The translations under genes and the position numbers were made by a program. Of a stretch of DNA of 64,000 bases, positions 1 to 5,919 are shown one piece after another. Location: the IMG/VR virus record IMGVR_UViG_3300042547_000432. The stretch is one strand, 5' to 3'. The notes beneath the pieces were generated by a model. The model was not told where the DNA came from. It ran no database searches and worked only from the letters and a program-made list of their open reading frames with translations. This DNA is from a virus. Every line of letters starts with the position of its first letter. Position 1 is the first letter of the stretch.

Positions 1-2
1 GG

Positions 3-344
3 ATTAAAACATTACAAATTATTGGAACTGGTAACGTAGTGACAACTGGCATTACAAATAATGGAGCAACATCAGGCAGTATCATTTGGGACACCACTAA
101 CGTTGCTCCTGGAACTTATTATTATATTTCACAAAACTCTTCTATCATGACAGGAACTATCACCCTAAGATATTCTCAGATTGATAGATCTTACACTGCG
201 GTTGATGCTAGAACTCAACCATATGTTTTATTCCCAAAAACACTAAGAAAAACTACAGGTTACGTTACTCCAGATGCTACGGCAACACCAAGACCTTCAT
301 CTGGGTTGACATTTCCACGAAGAATAATTTATCAATCAAAATAA
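3..344 (+). CDS. C-terminal part of a virion structural protein (ORF open from window start); degenerate cupredoxin-like GTYYY..M.G.I motif
   Basis: Frame open from base 3 (IKTLQIIGTGNVV..) into the track ORF 39..344; Thr/Gly-rich. Confidence 0.6.
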   Translation: MKTLQIIGTGNVVTTGITNNGATSGSIIWDTTNVAPGTYYYISQNSSIMTGTITLRYSQIDRSYTAVDARTQPYVLFPKTLRKTTGYVTPDATATPRPSSGLTFPRRIIYQSK

Positions 345-347
345 TAA

Positions 348-953
348 TTAGTTGAATGATATATTAAAAGATATTGCGATTTTTTCTTCTTCCGATCCTC
401 TTCTAGGATTTCCATGTAATAAATCACTATTCCAAATCAATAATGTTCCAGGAAAACATTTATAAGTTGTCTGTGAACAAGAAATTCTAGTGGGACTATT
501 TGCTTTATAAATATTGCTAATCAATTTTTGTGTATTGTAAAATATTATAGAATCTTCTTGACTTGTTTTTACATAAAAAACTCCAGATAACATAGATCCT
601 GAATGTGTGTGTGGAAATAGGAAACTTTCTTTTTCACATACATTACACCACATATCAATACTTAATTTTGTATCATCATTGATATTATATCCTTGAGCAC
701 CAAGCATTATTAAAGAATAATGGTTTATATATTCTCCCAAAGAATCAAATGGATATGTATTTAATTTTTTAAATGAAGTATGAGTTGAATCAACGTAGAG
801 AATATTGTTTTTAAATGAATATTCTTCAACTTCTTTTTTACAAGATGTTTCCAAATCTGCCAAAAGATGATTACAGCAATCATCAACTATCAATATTGGA
901 CAAGGAAACAACTCATCTATGACATAATTTTGATTAACATATGAGTCTGACAT
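348..953 (-). CDS. 2OG-Fe(II) oxygenase (TIGR02466-like)
   Basis: HTH(S)GSMLSGVFYV, distal LLH and RxxISFN-like (KIAISFNI) motifs. Confidence 0.85.
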   Translation of the reverse strand: MSDSYVNQNYVIDELFPCPILIVDDCCNHLLADLETSCKKEVEEYSFKNNILYVDSTHTSFKKLNTYPFDSLGEYINHYSLIMLGAQGYNINDDTKLSIDMWCNVCEKESFLFPHTHSGSMLSGVFYVKTSQEDSIIFYNTQKLISNIYKANSPTRISCSQTTYKCFPGTLLIWNSDLLHGNPRRGSEEEKIAISFNISFN

Positions 954-960
954 TAAAAAA

Positions 961-986
961 AAGATGTAAGCAATTGCTTACATCTT
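961..986 (-). terminator. Perfect 26-bp palindrome followed by a T-run on -; likely intrinsic terminator of the hli operon
   Basis: aagatgtaagcaattgcttacatctt, adjacent A-run on +. Confidence 0.6.
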
Positions 987-1010
987 ATCAAAGATATTTT
1001 ATTTTGTCAA
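982..1010 (-). promoter_or_regulatory. Sigma70-type promoter for the 2OG oxygenase
   Basis: TTGACA-17nt-TAAGAT on -. Confidence 0.6.
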
Positions 1011-1014
1011 GTTA

Positions 1015-1134
1015 TCACCAAATGCCAGGAATAATCTGACCAGTAGTAGCGTATGTTCCAACAGCAATGACGAAACCGAGCATTGCCAGACGAGCGTTGA
1101 GGATCTCTGCCTCAGGGGTGAATCCGAATTTCAT
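1015..1134 (-). CDS. hli: High-light-inducible protein, 39 aa (not in ORF track)
   Basis: MKFGFTPEAEILNARLAMLGFVIAVGTYATTGQIIPGIW; ExxNxRxAMxG chlorophyll-binding motif. Confidence 0.95.
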   Translation of the reverse strand: MKFGFTPEAEILNARLAMLGFVIAVGTYATTGQIIPGIW

Positions 1135-1145
1135 AGTAGTTCTCC

Positions 1146-1232
1146 TTAATAAGTTTCAGCGAGTTGTTCTACAGCATAGCACAGGGTTACGAAAAAAGCA
1201 ACCGCAGTAAAAGTAAAGATTACTTCAGTCAT
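1146..1232 (-). CDS. 28-aa hydrophobic peptide between the hli genes
   Basis: MTEVIFTFTAVAFFVTLCYAVEQLAETY; ATGA overlap with the upstream hli. Confidence 0.7.
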   Translation of the reverse strand: MTEVIFTFTAVAFFVTLCYAVEQLAETY

Positions 1233-1435
1233 CAGAAGACTCCGAAGAAGAGTTTACCAGTGAGAGCATAAGAAATAGCACCAGCAATAATACCGACCAT
1301 TGCCCAGCGTCCATTGTACATCTCCGTAGTTTGCATAGGAGTCAGAAGACCCTTGCGATTGTATTCTTGGTAAACCATAGTGGGCTCCTTTGCCCACATG
1401 TTCTGTTGACCACGATCATTCGTTGTTACAGTCAT
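1232..1435 (-). CDS. hli: High-light-inducible protein
   Basis: EMYNGRWAMVG motif; NMWAKEP N-terminus typical of phage Hli. Confidence 0.95.
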   Translation of the reverse strand: MTVTTNDRGQQNMWAKEPTMVYQEYNRKGLLTPMQTTEMYNGRWAMVGIIAGAISYALTGKLFFGVF

Positions 1436-1462
1436 GTTACATTCTGTTGTAAATCTTTACAT

Positions 1463-1491
1463 AGTATATAGCATCCCAGCGCCCCTGTCAA
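1463..1491 (-). promoter_or_regulatory. Sigma70-type promoter for the hli operon
   Basis: TTGACA-17nt-TATACT on -. Confidence 0.75.
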
Positions 1492-1560
1492 GCCCCCGTT
1501 TGTCAGCAAATCTTAATAAGTATATTGACTCATCTAAATAGCTCGTTATACTACATGTGT

Positions 1561-1686
1561 ATGAGATACATTCACATCTGCCTTTTACTTTGGAATGGAA
1601 AAACTGAATGGAGGGTGATACCTTGGGGCAAAAAGCACCTTGATTTTCACAGACAACATGGCGACATAATAATGTATAGAGAGTAA
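1561..1686 (+). CDS. Small hypothetical protein, 41 aa
   Basis: MRYIHICLLLWNGKTEWRVIPWGKKHLDFHRQHGDIIMYRE; follows a TTGACT..TATACT promoter-like site. Confidence 0.5.
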   Translation: MRYIHICLLLWNGKTEWRVIPWGKKHLDFHRQHGDIIMYRE

Positions 1687-1690
1687 CCAT

Positions 1691-1903
1691 ATGTATAACC
1701 TATCAAGCAGAGATGTCAATCGAATTATCACAGCATGTAAGCACTATGCCTATCACGAAACTGGTAGCGAATGGATGCATGATGAATATCTAAAAATCAT
1801 TGAGAAACTTTGTGTTTACTTAGATCAAAACTTTGACGCAGAGACACAAAAACCACTTGAGTGTTACATCCATGTAAAGAAAAATGACTCACATAATAGT
1901 TGA
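1691..1903 (+). CDS. Hypothetical protein
   Basis: ORF track; tightly packed + strand cluster. Confidence 0.7.
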   Translation: MYNLSSRDVNRIITACKHYAYHETGSEWMHDEYLKIIEKLCVYLDQNFDAETQKPLECYIHVKKNDSHNS

Positions 1904-2027
1904 AATCTTAAATAACCCTATCAGTTTGGGCATCCTATGCTTTGCCCTTGTTATGTTTCCCATTATTGGTATCGCTAAAATTCATGACACAAGTAACCAA
2001 AGAAGAAGTGAAGGAGATGATAGATGA
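1884..2027 (+). CDS. Small membrane protein, 47 aa
   Basis: MTHIIVEILNNPISLGILCFALVMFPIIGIAKIHD..; one TM segment. Confidence 0.55.
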   Translation: MTHIIVEILNNPISLGILCFALVMFPIIGIAKIHDTSNQRRSEGDDR

Positions 2028-2172
2028 TGCAATACGACAACATAATCGTAATGCTTCAATTATCTCAATGTGTGTTGGCTGGGTTGTTTTGTCTCTTTTT
2101 GCTGAAGGTTTGCTTCGACTTATTGGAGTAATTCCCCCACTACTACCATGGCTCAACATTACCCTGAAATAA
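1984..2172 (+). CDS. Hypothetical membrane protein (start moved to MTQVTKEEV)
   Basis: ORF track 1942..2172; TM segment. Confidence 0.7.
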   Translation: MTQVTKEEVKEMIDDAIRQHNRNASIISMCVGWVVLSLFAEGLLRLIGVIPPLLPWLNITLK

Positions 2173-2327
2173 TAGGAATAGCATCCCTTCTAGTGTTTGC
2201 TGCCACCATGTTCTATCAAGGAACATGTATTATGAAAGGGCAGCGTGGTTATTCTTTGAGAGATTATCTCAAGCAAGATAGCACAAACATGCGTAAAAGA
2301 GTAGAAGAATTATTAAAAGACAAATGA
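2148..2327 (+). CDS. Small membrane protein, 59 aa
   Basis: MAQHYPEIIGIASLLVFAATMFYQG..; overlaps both neighbours. Confidence 0.6.
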   Translation: MAQHYPEIIGIASLLVFAATMFYQGTCIMKGQRGYSLRDYLKQDSTNMRKRVEELLKDK

Positions 2328-2434
2328 TTGTTTTAACGGAAGAAGATTTACAAGAACTAAGAGAAAGAGTTTACCAACAAAAGATGGATGAGTTATTTGA
2401 AGAACCATCTACTTACGAGGATGAACATGAGTAA
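2324..2434 (+). CDS. Small acidic protein, 36 aa
   Basis: MIVLTEEDLQELRERVYQQKMDELFEEPSTYEDEHE; ATGA coupling. Confidence 0.6.
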   Translation: MIVLTEEDLQELRERVYQQKMDELFEEPSTYEDEHE

Positions 2435-2552
2435 CTTACCTTGGGGAGTTATCACTATTCTTGGTATCGGATTAGCAGGCACTGTTTATATCATCTATTA
2501 CATTCTCAAACTAGCAAACGAGGAAATGAAAGATGAATCACATAAGCACTAG
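2427..2552 (+). CDS. Small membrane protein, 41 aa
   Basis: MSNLPWGVITILGIGLAGTVYIIYYILKLANEEMKD.. Confidence 0.6.
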   Translation: MSNLPWGVITILGIGLAGTVYIIYYILKLANEEMKDESHKH

Positions 2553-2766
2553 TCCATATGATTGGAGAGAGAAGAATGACAAGTGGCAAAAAAGACATTT
2601 CCTTTTGTCGTCTTTTGTTAGATTAGGTCTGCCAATCAAAGCAAATGTTTATGAGTTCATAGATTATCTTATTAGTCAAGGATACAAAGCTCCCTTGAAT
2701 AGTTTAACTGATGTAGATAAAGATATCAAAAAAATGTATCACGAGTATGTCGAGCACCAATTATGA
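2533..2766 (+). CDS. Hypothetical protein
   Basis: ORF track. Confidence 0.6.
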   Translation: MNHISTSPYDWREKNDKWQKRHFLLSSFVRLGLPIKANVYEFIDYLISQGYKAPLNSLTDVDKDIKKMYHEYVEHQL

Positions 2767-2852
2767 CTCGTTTAATTCTTAGTAGTATTTGTTTGTTTGG
2801 TTCTATTGGTCTTTTTATTGTTTGGGGATTGACTCACGCATATCCCTCTTGA
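2763..2852 (+). CDS. 29-aa single-TM peptide
   Basis: MTRLILSSICLFGSIGLFIVWGLTHAYPS; ATGA coupling. Confidence 0.55.
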   Translation: MTRLILSSICLFGSIGLFIVWGLTHAYPS

Positions 2853-2877
2853 CAAATTTACATATATATCTTATAAT
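2849..2877 (+). promoter_or_regulatory. Consensus sigma70 promoter
   Basis: TTGACA-17nt-TATAAT. Confidence 0.85.
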
Positions 2878-2900
2878 TAGCCACATATATCTGTTTTGTC

Positions 2901-3101
2901 ATGACACACTACAAACCATATTCACCCGAGTGGCACCGTAAACGCTATCTAAAAGAAGCGTTAGACAAATATCTGGATGAATACATTGACAATGATGTAA
3001 TCCTTGATGATATTTCTGATATTCTATCCGAAAGGTCTGAGCGAGCATACGAAGAGTTCAGTAGAATCAATGATTTGGAATCAATGATTAATGCTAAATA
3101 A
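2901..3101 (+). CDS. Hypothetical protein
   Basis: ORF track; YKPYSPEWHRKRYLKE. Confidence 0.75.
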   Translation: MTHYKPYSPEWHRKRYLKEALDKYLDEYIDNDVILDDISDILSERSERAYEEFSRINDLESMINAK

Positions 3102-3447
3102 CCCTATATGGAGACTACATATGCTCTCTACACAATATCGTCTACGCTTAGAAGAAATCTGCAGAAAGATTATCTTACACGAAGCGGTAGGTTTAGAAGA
3201 TATGATTTGGGCAGAAAAACTAGCTAAAGCAAATCGCACTGCTGGCACAATGCTTCGTCAAGCAAGACGGAAGGCAGAAAATCCAGACATGCAAGATGGT
3301 GACATGGATGATTTTCTAAATCAACTTGATATCGGTGGATTGGGTAACGAAAGATTTGGTGTCAGAAGATTTGATTCTGTAGATGACATCGTTGATTTCT
3401 TCTCTGAAGGTAGAGACAAACCAGAAGACTGGAGACAAAGAGATTAA
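3091..3447 (+). CDS. Hypothetical protein (start may be 3121, MLSTQYRLRL)
   Basis: ORF track. Confidence 0.75.
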   Translation: MLNNPIWRLHMLSTQYRLRLEEICRKIILHEAVGLEDMIWAEKLAKANRTAGTMLRQARRKAENPDMQDGDMDDFLNQLDIGGLGNERFGVRRFDSVDDIVDFFSEGRDKPEDWRQRD

Positions 3448-3450
3448 AAA

Positions 3451-3470
3451 AAGGGGGCATATGCCCCCTT
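3451..3470. terminator. Bidirectional terminator between convergent genes
   Basis: aagggggcatatgccccctt palindrome, A-run on the left and T-run on the right. Confidence 0.8.
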
Positions 3471-3475
3471 TAAAA

Positions 3476-3562
3476 TTATCCAAGAGTTGCCATATGATAT
3501 TGAGCTTCTTGAAGTTTTCTTTGCTTTTCAATTTGTTTGCGAATAACTAGTAACCAATTCAT
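3476..3562 (-). CDS. 28-aa peptide coupled to DUF4278
   Basis: MNWLLVIRKQIEKQRKLQEAQYHMATLG; ATGA overlap, GGAGG RBS. Confidence 0.65.
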   Translation of the reverse strand: MNWLLVIRKQIEKQRKLQEAQYHMATLG

Positions 3563-3720
3563 TGTGTTACCTCCTTGTTATTATTACAAGGGCGATACTC
3601 AACACCACGATATTTATTGGTTGGGTGAGCTGGTGCGTGAGTTTGCAAATACCAGCGTTGATATTCTTGCTTGGCGGTATCAGTATTATACTGACAACCA
3701 CGATAAGTTGCTTGTGACAT
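3559..3720 (-). CDS. DUF4278 'downstream peptide' family protein, 53 aa (not in ORF track)
   Basis: MSQATYRGCQYNTD...KYRGVEYRP: two YRG repeats; AAGGAG RBS; directly behind the riboswitch. Confidence 0.85.
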   Translation of the reverse strand: MSQATYRGCQYNTDTAKQEYQRWYLQTHAPAHPTNKYRGVEYRPCNNNKEVTQ

Positions 3721-3752
3721 TAGGTTTTCTCCTTAATGGTTTAGGTTAAAGA

Positions 3753-3834
3753 GCGTTCCTTCGGTCGTTTGCGTTCGCTATAGCGAATGAACGTTCCGTT
3801 CCGCGACTTACTTCCGTCCCATAGGGATGAACGT
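3753..3834 (-). promoter_or_regulatory. Tandem glutamine riboswitch (glnA / Downstream-peptide class)
   Basis: Two CGTTCAT..GAACG units; GGAAGTAA and CGACCGAAGGAACG signatures; GTCG/CGAC pseudoknot; upstream of DUF4278. Confidence 0.8.
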
Positions 3835-3875
3835 ATTTTATATATGATATTGAGATTGTAACATTCAATACCAAA

Positions 3876-3950
3876 CACTCTCTGTAGGATTCGAACCTAC
3901 GACACCTTGATCCGTAGTCAAGTGCTCTATATCCACTGAGCTAAGAGAGT
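3876..3950 (-). tRNA. tRNA-Arg(ACG)
   Basis: Cloverleaf; loop CTACGGA. Confidence 0.95.
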
Positions 3951-3953
3951 AGG

Positions 3954-4025
3954 CGAAGGGCCAGAGACTTGAACTCTGAACTTTGGTTTTGGAGACCAAG
4001 ATGTTACCAATTACACCAACCCAAC
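3954..4025 (-). tRNA. tRNA-Trp(CCA), two U.U mismatches in the acceptor stem
   Basis: Loop CTCCAAA; T-arm CAGAG-TTCAAGT-CTCTG. Confidence 0.8.
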
Positions 4026-4028
4026 ACA

Positions 4029-4100
4029 TTCTGAGGGTAGGATTCGAACCCACGAATGGCGGGACCAAAACCCGCTGCCTTACCGCTTGGCGACCTCAGA
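4029..4100 (-). tRNA. tRNA-Gln(TTG)
   Basis: Cloverleaf; loop TTTTGGT. Confidence 0.95.
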
Positions 4101-4172
4101 AGCCCTCAGTCGGATTTGAACCAACGACCTACTCATTACTAGTGAGTTGCTCTACCACTGAGCTATAGGGGC
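4101..4172 (-). tRNA. tRNA-Thr(AGT)
   Basis: ACTCA-CTAGTAA-TGAGT anticodon arm; U73. Confidence 0.9.
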
Positions 4173-4174
4173 GG

Positions 4175-4245
4175 GGTGTCGTGAGGGAATCGAACCCTCA
4201 TGTAGAGAACCACAATCTCCTGTCTTACCATTAGACTAACGACAC
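4175..4245 (-). tRNA. tRNA-His(GTG)
   Basis: Loop TTGTGGT; C73; base at -1 is T. Confidence 0.9.
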
Positions 4246-4246
4246 A

Positions 4247-4320
4247 AGGCAGTAGGTAGATTTGAACTACCGACCATAGGAATATGAGACCCGTGCTCTG
4301 CCAGACTGAGCTATACTGCC
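4247..4320 (-). tRNA. tRNA-Met or Ile2 (CAT) with weak anticodon stem
   Basis: Loop CTCATAT; perfect acceptor and T stems; only 3 pairs in the anticodon stem. Confidence 0.75.
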
Positions 4321-4323
4321 AAG

Positions 4324-4416
4324 TTGGGAGAGGGTGGAATCGAACCACCATTGCCAATGAACGGAATCGAACCGTCTCTGATACCGTCGTACCCACCATC
4401 CAAGGTGCTCTCCCAA
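4324..4416 (-). ncRNA. tRNA-like RNA with two T-arms and no canonical anticodon loop
   Basis: GGGAGAG/CTCTCCC-A acceptor; GACGG-TTCGATT-CCGTT and GGTGG-TTCGATT-CCACC. Confidence 0.7.
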
Positions 4417-4417
4417 G

Positions 4418-4489
4418 TGGAACCGACAAGATTTGAACTTGTGACCGCTCGGTTATCAGCCGAGTGCTCTACCACTGAGCTACGGTTCC
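4418..4489 (-). tRNA. tRNA-Ile(GAT)
   Basis: CTCGG-CTGATAA-CCGAG. Confidence 0.95.
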
Positions 4490-4493
4490 AAGG

Positions 4494-4566
4494 TCGAAGA
4501 GGGTGGAGTTGAACCACCGACACCATGTTCTTCAGACATGTGCTCTACCAACTGAGCTACTCCCCG
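4494..4566 (-). tRNA. tRNA-Phe(GAA)
   Basis: CATGT-CTGAAGA-ACATG. Confidence 0.95.
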
Positions 4567-4569
4567 AGA

Positions 4570-4643
4570 TAGTCCCAACGGGATTCGAACCCGTGTCTAC
4601 ACTGTGAAAGAGTGTTGTCCTAGGCCGACTAGACGATGGGACC
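4570..4643 (-). tRNA. tRNA-Glu(TTC)
   Basis: ACACT-CTTTCAC-AGTGT. Confidence 0.95.
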
Positions 4644-4646
4644 AGA

Positions 4647-4740
4647 TGGGAGGGGTATCCCACACGAAGTTGCTTACGGATTACGCTTCGTAGCCTTATG
4701 AATCCTGCCATCATCCGATGGTGGTTAGAAATCCCTCCCC
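4647..4740 (-). ncRNA. Unidentified structured RNA closed by an acceptor-like stem
   Basis: GGGAGGG/CCCTCCC-A terminal stem, internal hairpins, potential ACGAAG/CTTCGT pseudoknot. Confidence 0.55.
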
Positions 4741-4821
4741 AATTCCAGTTGTTGCTACAACATTTCTCTACACACTGGCAAACTCTAAGAAATGCGTGAG
4801 AGTTAGAATACTGACTCTCAA

Positions 4822-4895
4822 CGACCCATACGGGATTCGAACCCGTGATCTCCACCGTGACAGGGTGGCGTCATAGACCGCTAGACTAATGGGTC
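4822..4895 (-). tRNA. tRNA-Asp(GTC)
   Basis: CCACC-CTGTCAC-GGTGG. Confidence 0.95.
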
Positions 4896-4899
4896 AAGG

Positions 4900-4990
4900 T
4901 GAGAGAGGAGGGAATTGAACCCCCGATGGTTCTTATGTAACGGTTTTACAGACCGCAGCCACACGTATTGCCAACAGTAGCCACTCTCTC
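4900..4990 (-). tRNA. tRNA-Tyr(GTA), enlarged D-loop
   Basis: GCGGT-CTGTAAA-ACCGT; long variable region. Confidence 0.9.
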
Positions 4991-4993
4991 ATA

Positions 4994-5065
4994 TGGGTCT
5001 GGCGGGATTCGAACCCACAACTTGCTGGTTAAAAGCCAGTTACTCTACCGTTGAGTTACAGACCC
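4994..5065 (-). tRNA. tRNA-Lys(TTT)
   Basis: Loop CTTTTAA. Confidence 0.95.
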
Positions 5066-5076
5066 AAGAGTTAAAT

Positions 5077-5103
5077 TGTCAAGGTGCTGGTGGGTCTCCC
5101 ACC
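5077..5103 (-). promoter_or_regulatory. Putative boxB/boxA antitermination signal in the tRNA operon leader
   Basis: GGTGGG-AGA-CCCACC hairpin, then GCACCTTGACAA. Confidence 0.5.
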
Positions 5104-5112
5104 GATGTATCT

Positions 5113-5141
5113 ACAATAAAATAGGGGGGCGGTTTTGTCAA
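5113..5141 (-). promoter_or_regulatory. Sigma70 promoter of the main tRNA operon
   Basis: TTGACA-17nt-TATTGT; -35 enclosed by GGGGGGC/GCCCCCC. Confidence 0.7.
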
Positions 5142-5181
5142 CTGCCCCCCTGATAAATCTTGCTTATGTGTCAGATGTCGG

Positions 5182-5283
5182 TCATCGTTTCCACTTATGA
5201 GCAAGCACGGGGGCCTGAGCAATATGCCAATAACGGCAATCGCTTTCCATAAAAATCTCAATTTGCTTGCTGAAGTTAGTCAT
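5182..5283 (-). CDS. 33-aa peptide under a late promoter
   Basis: MTNFSKQIEIFMESDCRYWHIAQAPVLAHKWKR; TATAAATA at 5304-5311 and AAAGG RBS. Confidence 0.55.
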   Translation of the reverse strand: MTNFSKQIEIFMESDCRYWHIAQAPVLAHKWKR

Positions 5284-5303
5284 GATGTTCGACCTTTAGT
5301 GTT

Positions 5304-5311
5304 TATTTATA
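5304..5311 (-). promoter_or_regulatory. T4-type late (gp55) promoter
   Basis: TATAAATA. Confidence 0.7.
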
Positions 5312-5319
5312 AGAGTTTA

Positions 5320-5415
5320 GATGGAGTAAGCGTAATACACCTCAAGGATGTAACAGAGGCTTACCCTCTATCTCGCTACGGCATTCTGGATTATCAGCTC
5401 CAGCGCAAGTAGCAA
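5320..5415 (-). ncRNA. 96-nt structured RNA, copy 1 (directly 3' of tRNA-Asn)
   Basis: 93/96 identical to 8924..9019; differences preserve pairing. Confidence 0.7.
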
Positions 5416-5488
5416 CTCCCCCACCTGGACTCGAACCAGGAACCCCAGAGTTAACAGCTCCGTGCTCTGCCAATTGAGCTATAAGGGA
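5416..5488 (-). tRNA. tRNA-Asn(GTT)
   Basis: Loop CTGTTAA; G73. Confidence 0.95.
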
Positions 5489-5494
5489 ATGAAA

Positions 5495-5665
5495 TCAGGA
5501 TTGCTTACAATCCATCATGTATTCTACAGTATTTGCTATGTCATTCATAGCATCACGTAGATGTGGTTGTTGACCACTTTCTTGTCTAACCATTGGGCGA
5601 TGGTTATCGGTAAGAGACCAGCGCCATTGCTTTACAATAGCACAATACCATAGATTAATTTTCAT
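5495..5665 (-). CDS. Hypothetical protein, 56 aa (MKINLWY..)
   Basis: Subset of track ORF 5495..5779. Confidence 0.7.
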   Translation of the reverse strand: MKINLWYCAIVKQWRWSLTDNHRPMVRQESGQQPHLRDAMNDIANTVEYMMDCKQS

Positions 5666-5825
5666 GTTTGAAATATTCAAGTCTAATCCAGTTGAGAAGG
5701 GCATTGATTTCAAATGACGAATGATTTGGTGTGCCCAGATAATACTCAGTATTCTCTGCGTCGGCAACATATTTTTCAAGAGCTGCTATGGCAACTTCTC
5801 TGTCTCTTTGTGAAATAAGTGACAT
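5655..5825 (-). CDS. Hypothetical protein (MSLISQRDRE..)
   Basis: Track ORF 5655..5840. Confidence 0.7.
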   Translation of the reverse strand: MSLISQRDREVAIAALEKYVADAENTEYYLGTPNHSSFEINALLNWIRLEYFKHEN

Positions 5826-5847
5826 GTTATTTATCCTCAAGGATAAG

Positions 5848-5919
5848 AGCGGGGTATCGGAATCGAACCGACGACATCTAACTTGGAAGGATAGCGTTCT
5901 ACCGCTGAACTAACCCCGC
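5848..5919 (-). tRNA. tRNA-Gly(TCC)
   Basis: Loop CTTCCAA; U73. Confidence 0.95.

Noticed and set aside
348-1435. hli genes and 2OG-Fe(II) oxygenase as novelties
   Set aside because: Routine auxiliary genes of cyanomyoviruses.
3865-4855. Track ORFs overlapping the tRNA array (also 6218..6436, 8998..9222 and the 5' part of 8010..8378)
   Set aside because: They are translations of tRNA genes.
5320-5415. Assignment of the 96-nt repeat as a theta/HDV or hammerhead ribozyme
   Set aside because: It starts with U rather than G1, I could not build the nested double pseudoknot, and CTGATAA lacks the GAAA partner of a hammerhead. Kept as an unknown RNA.
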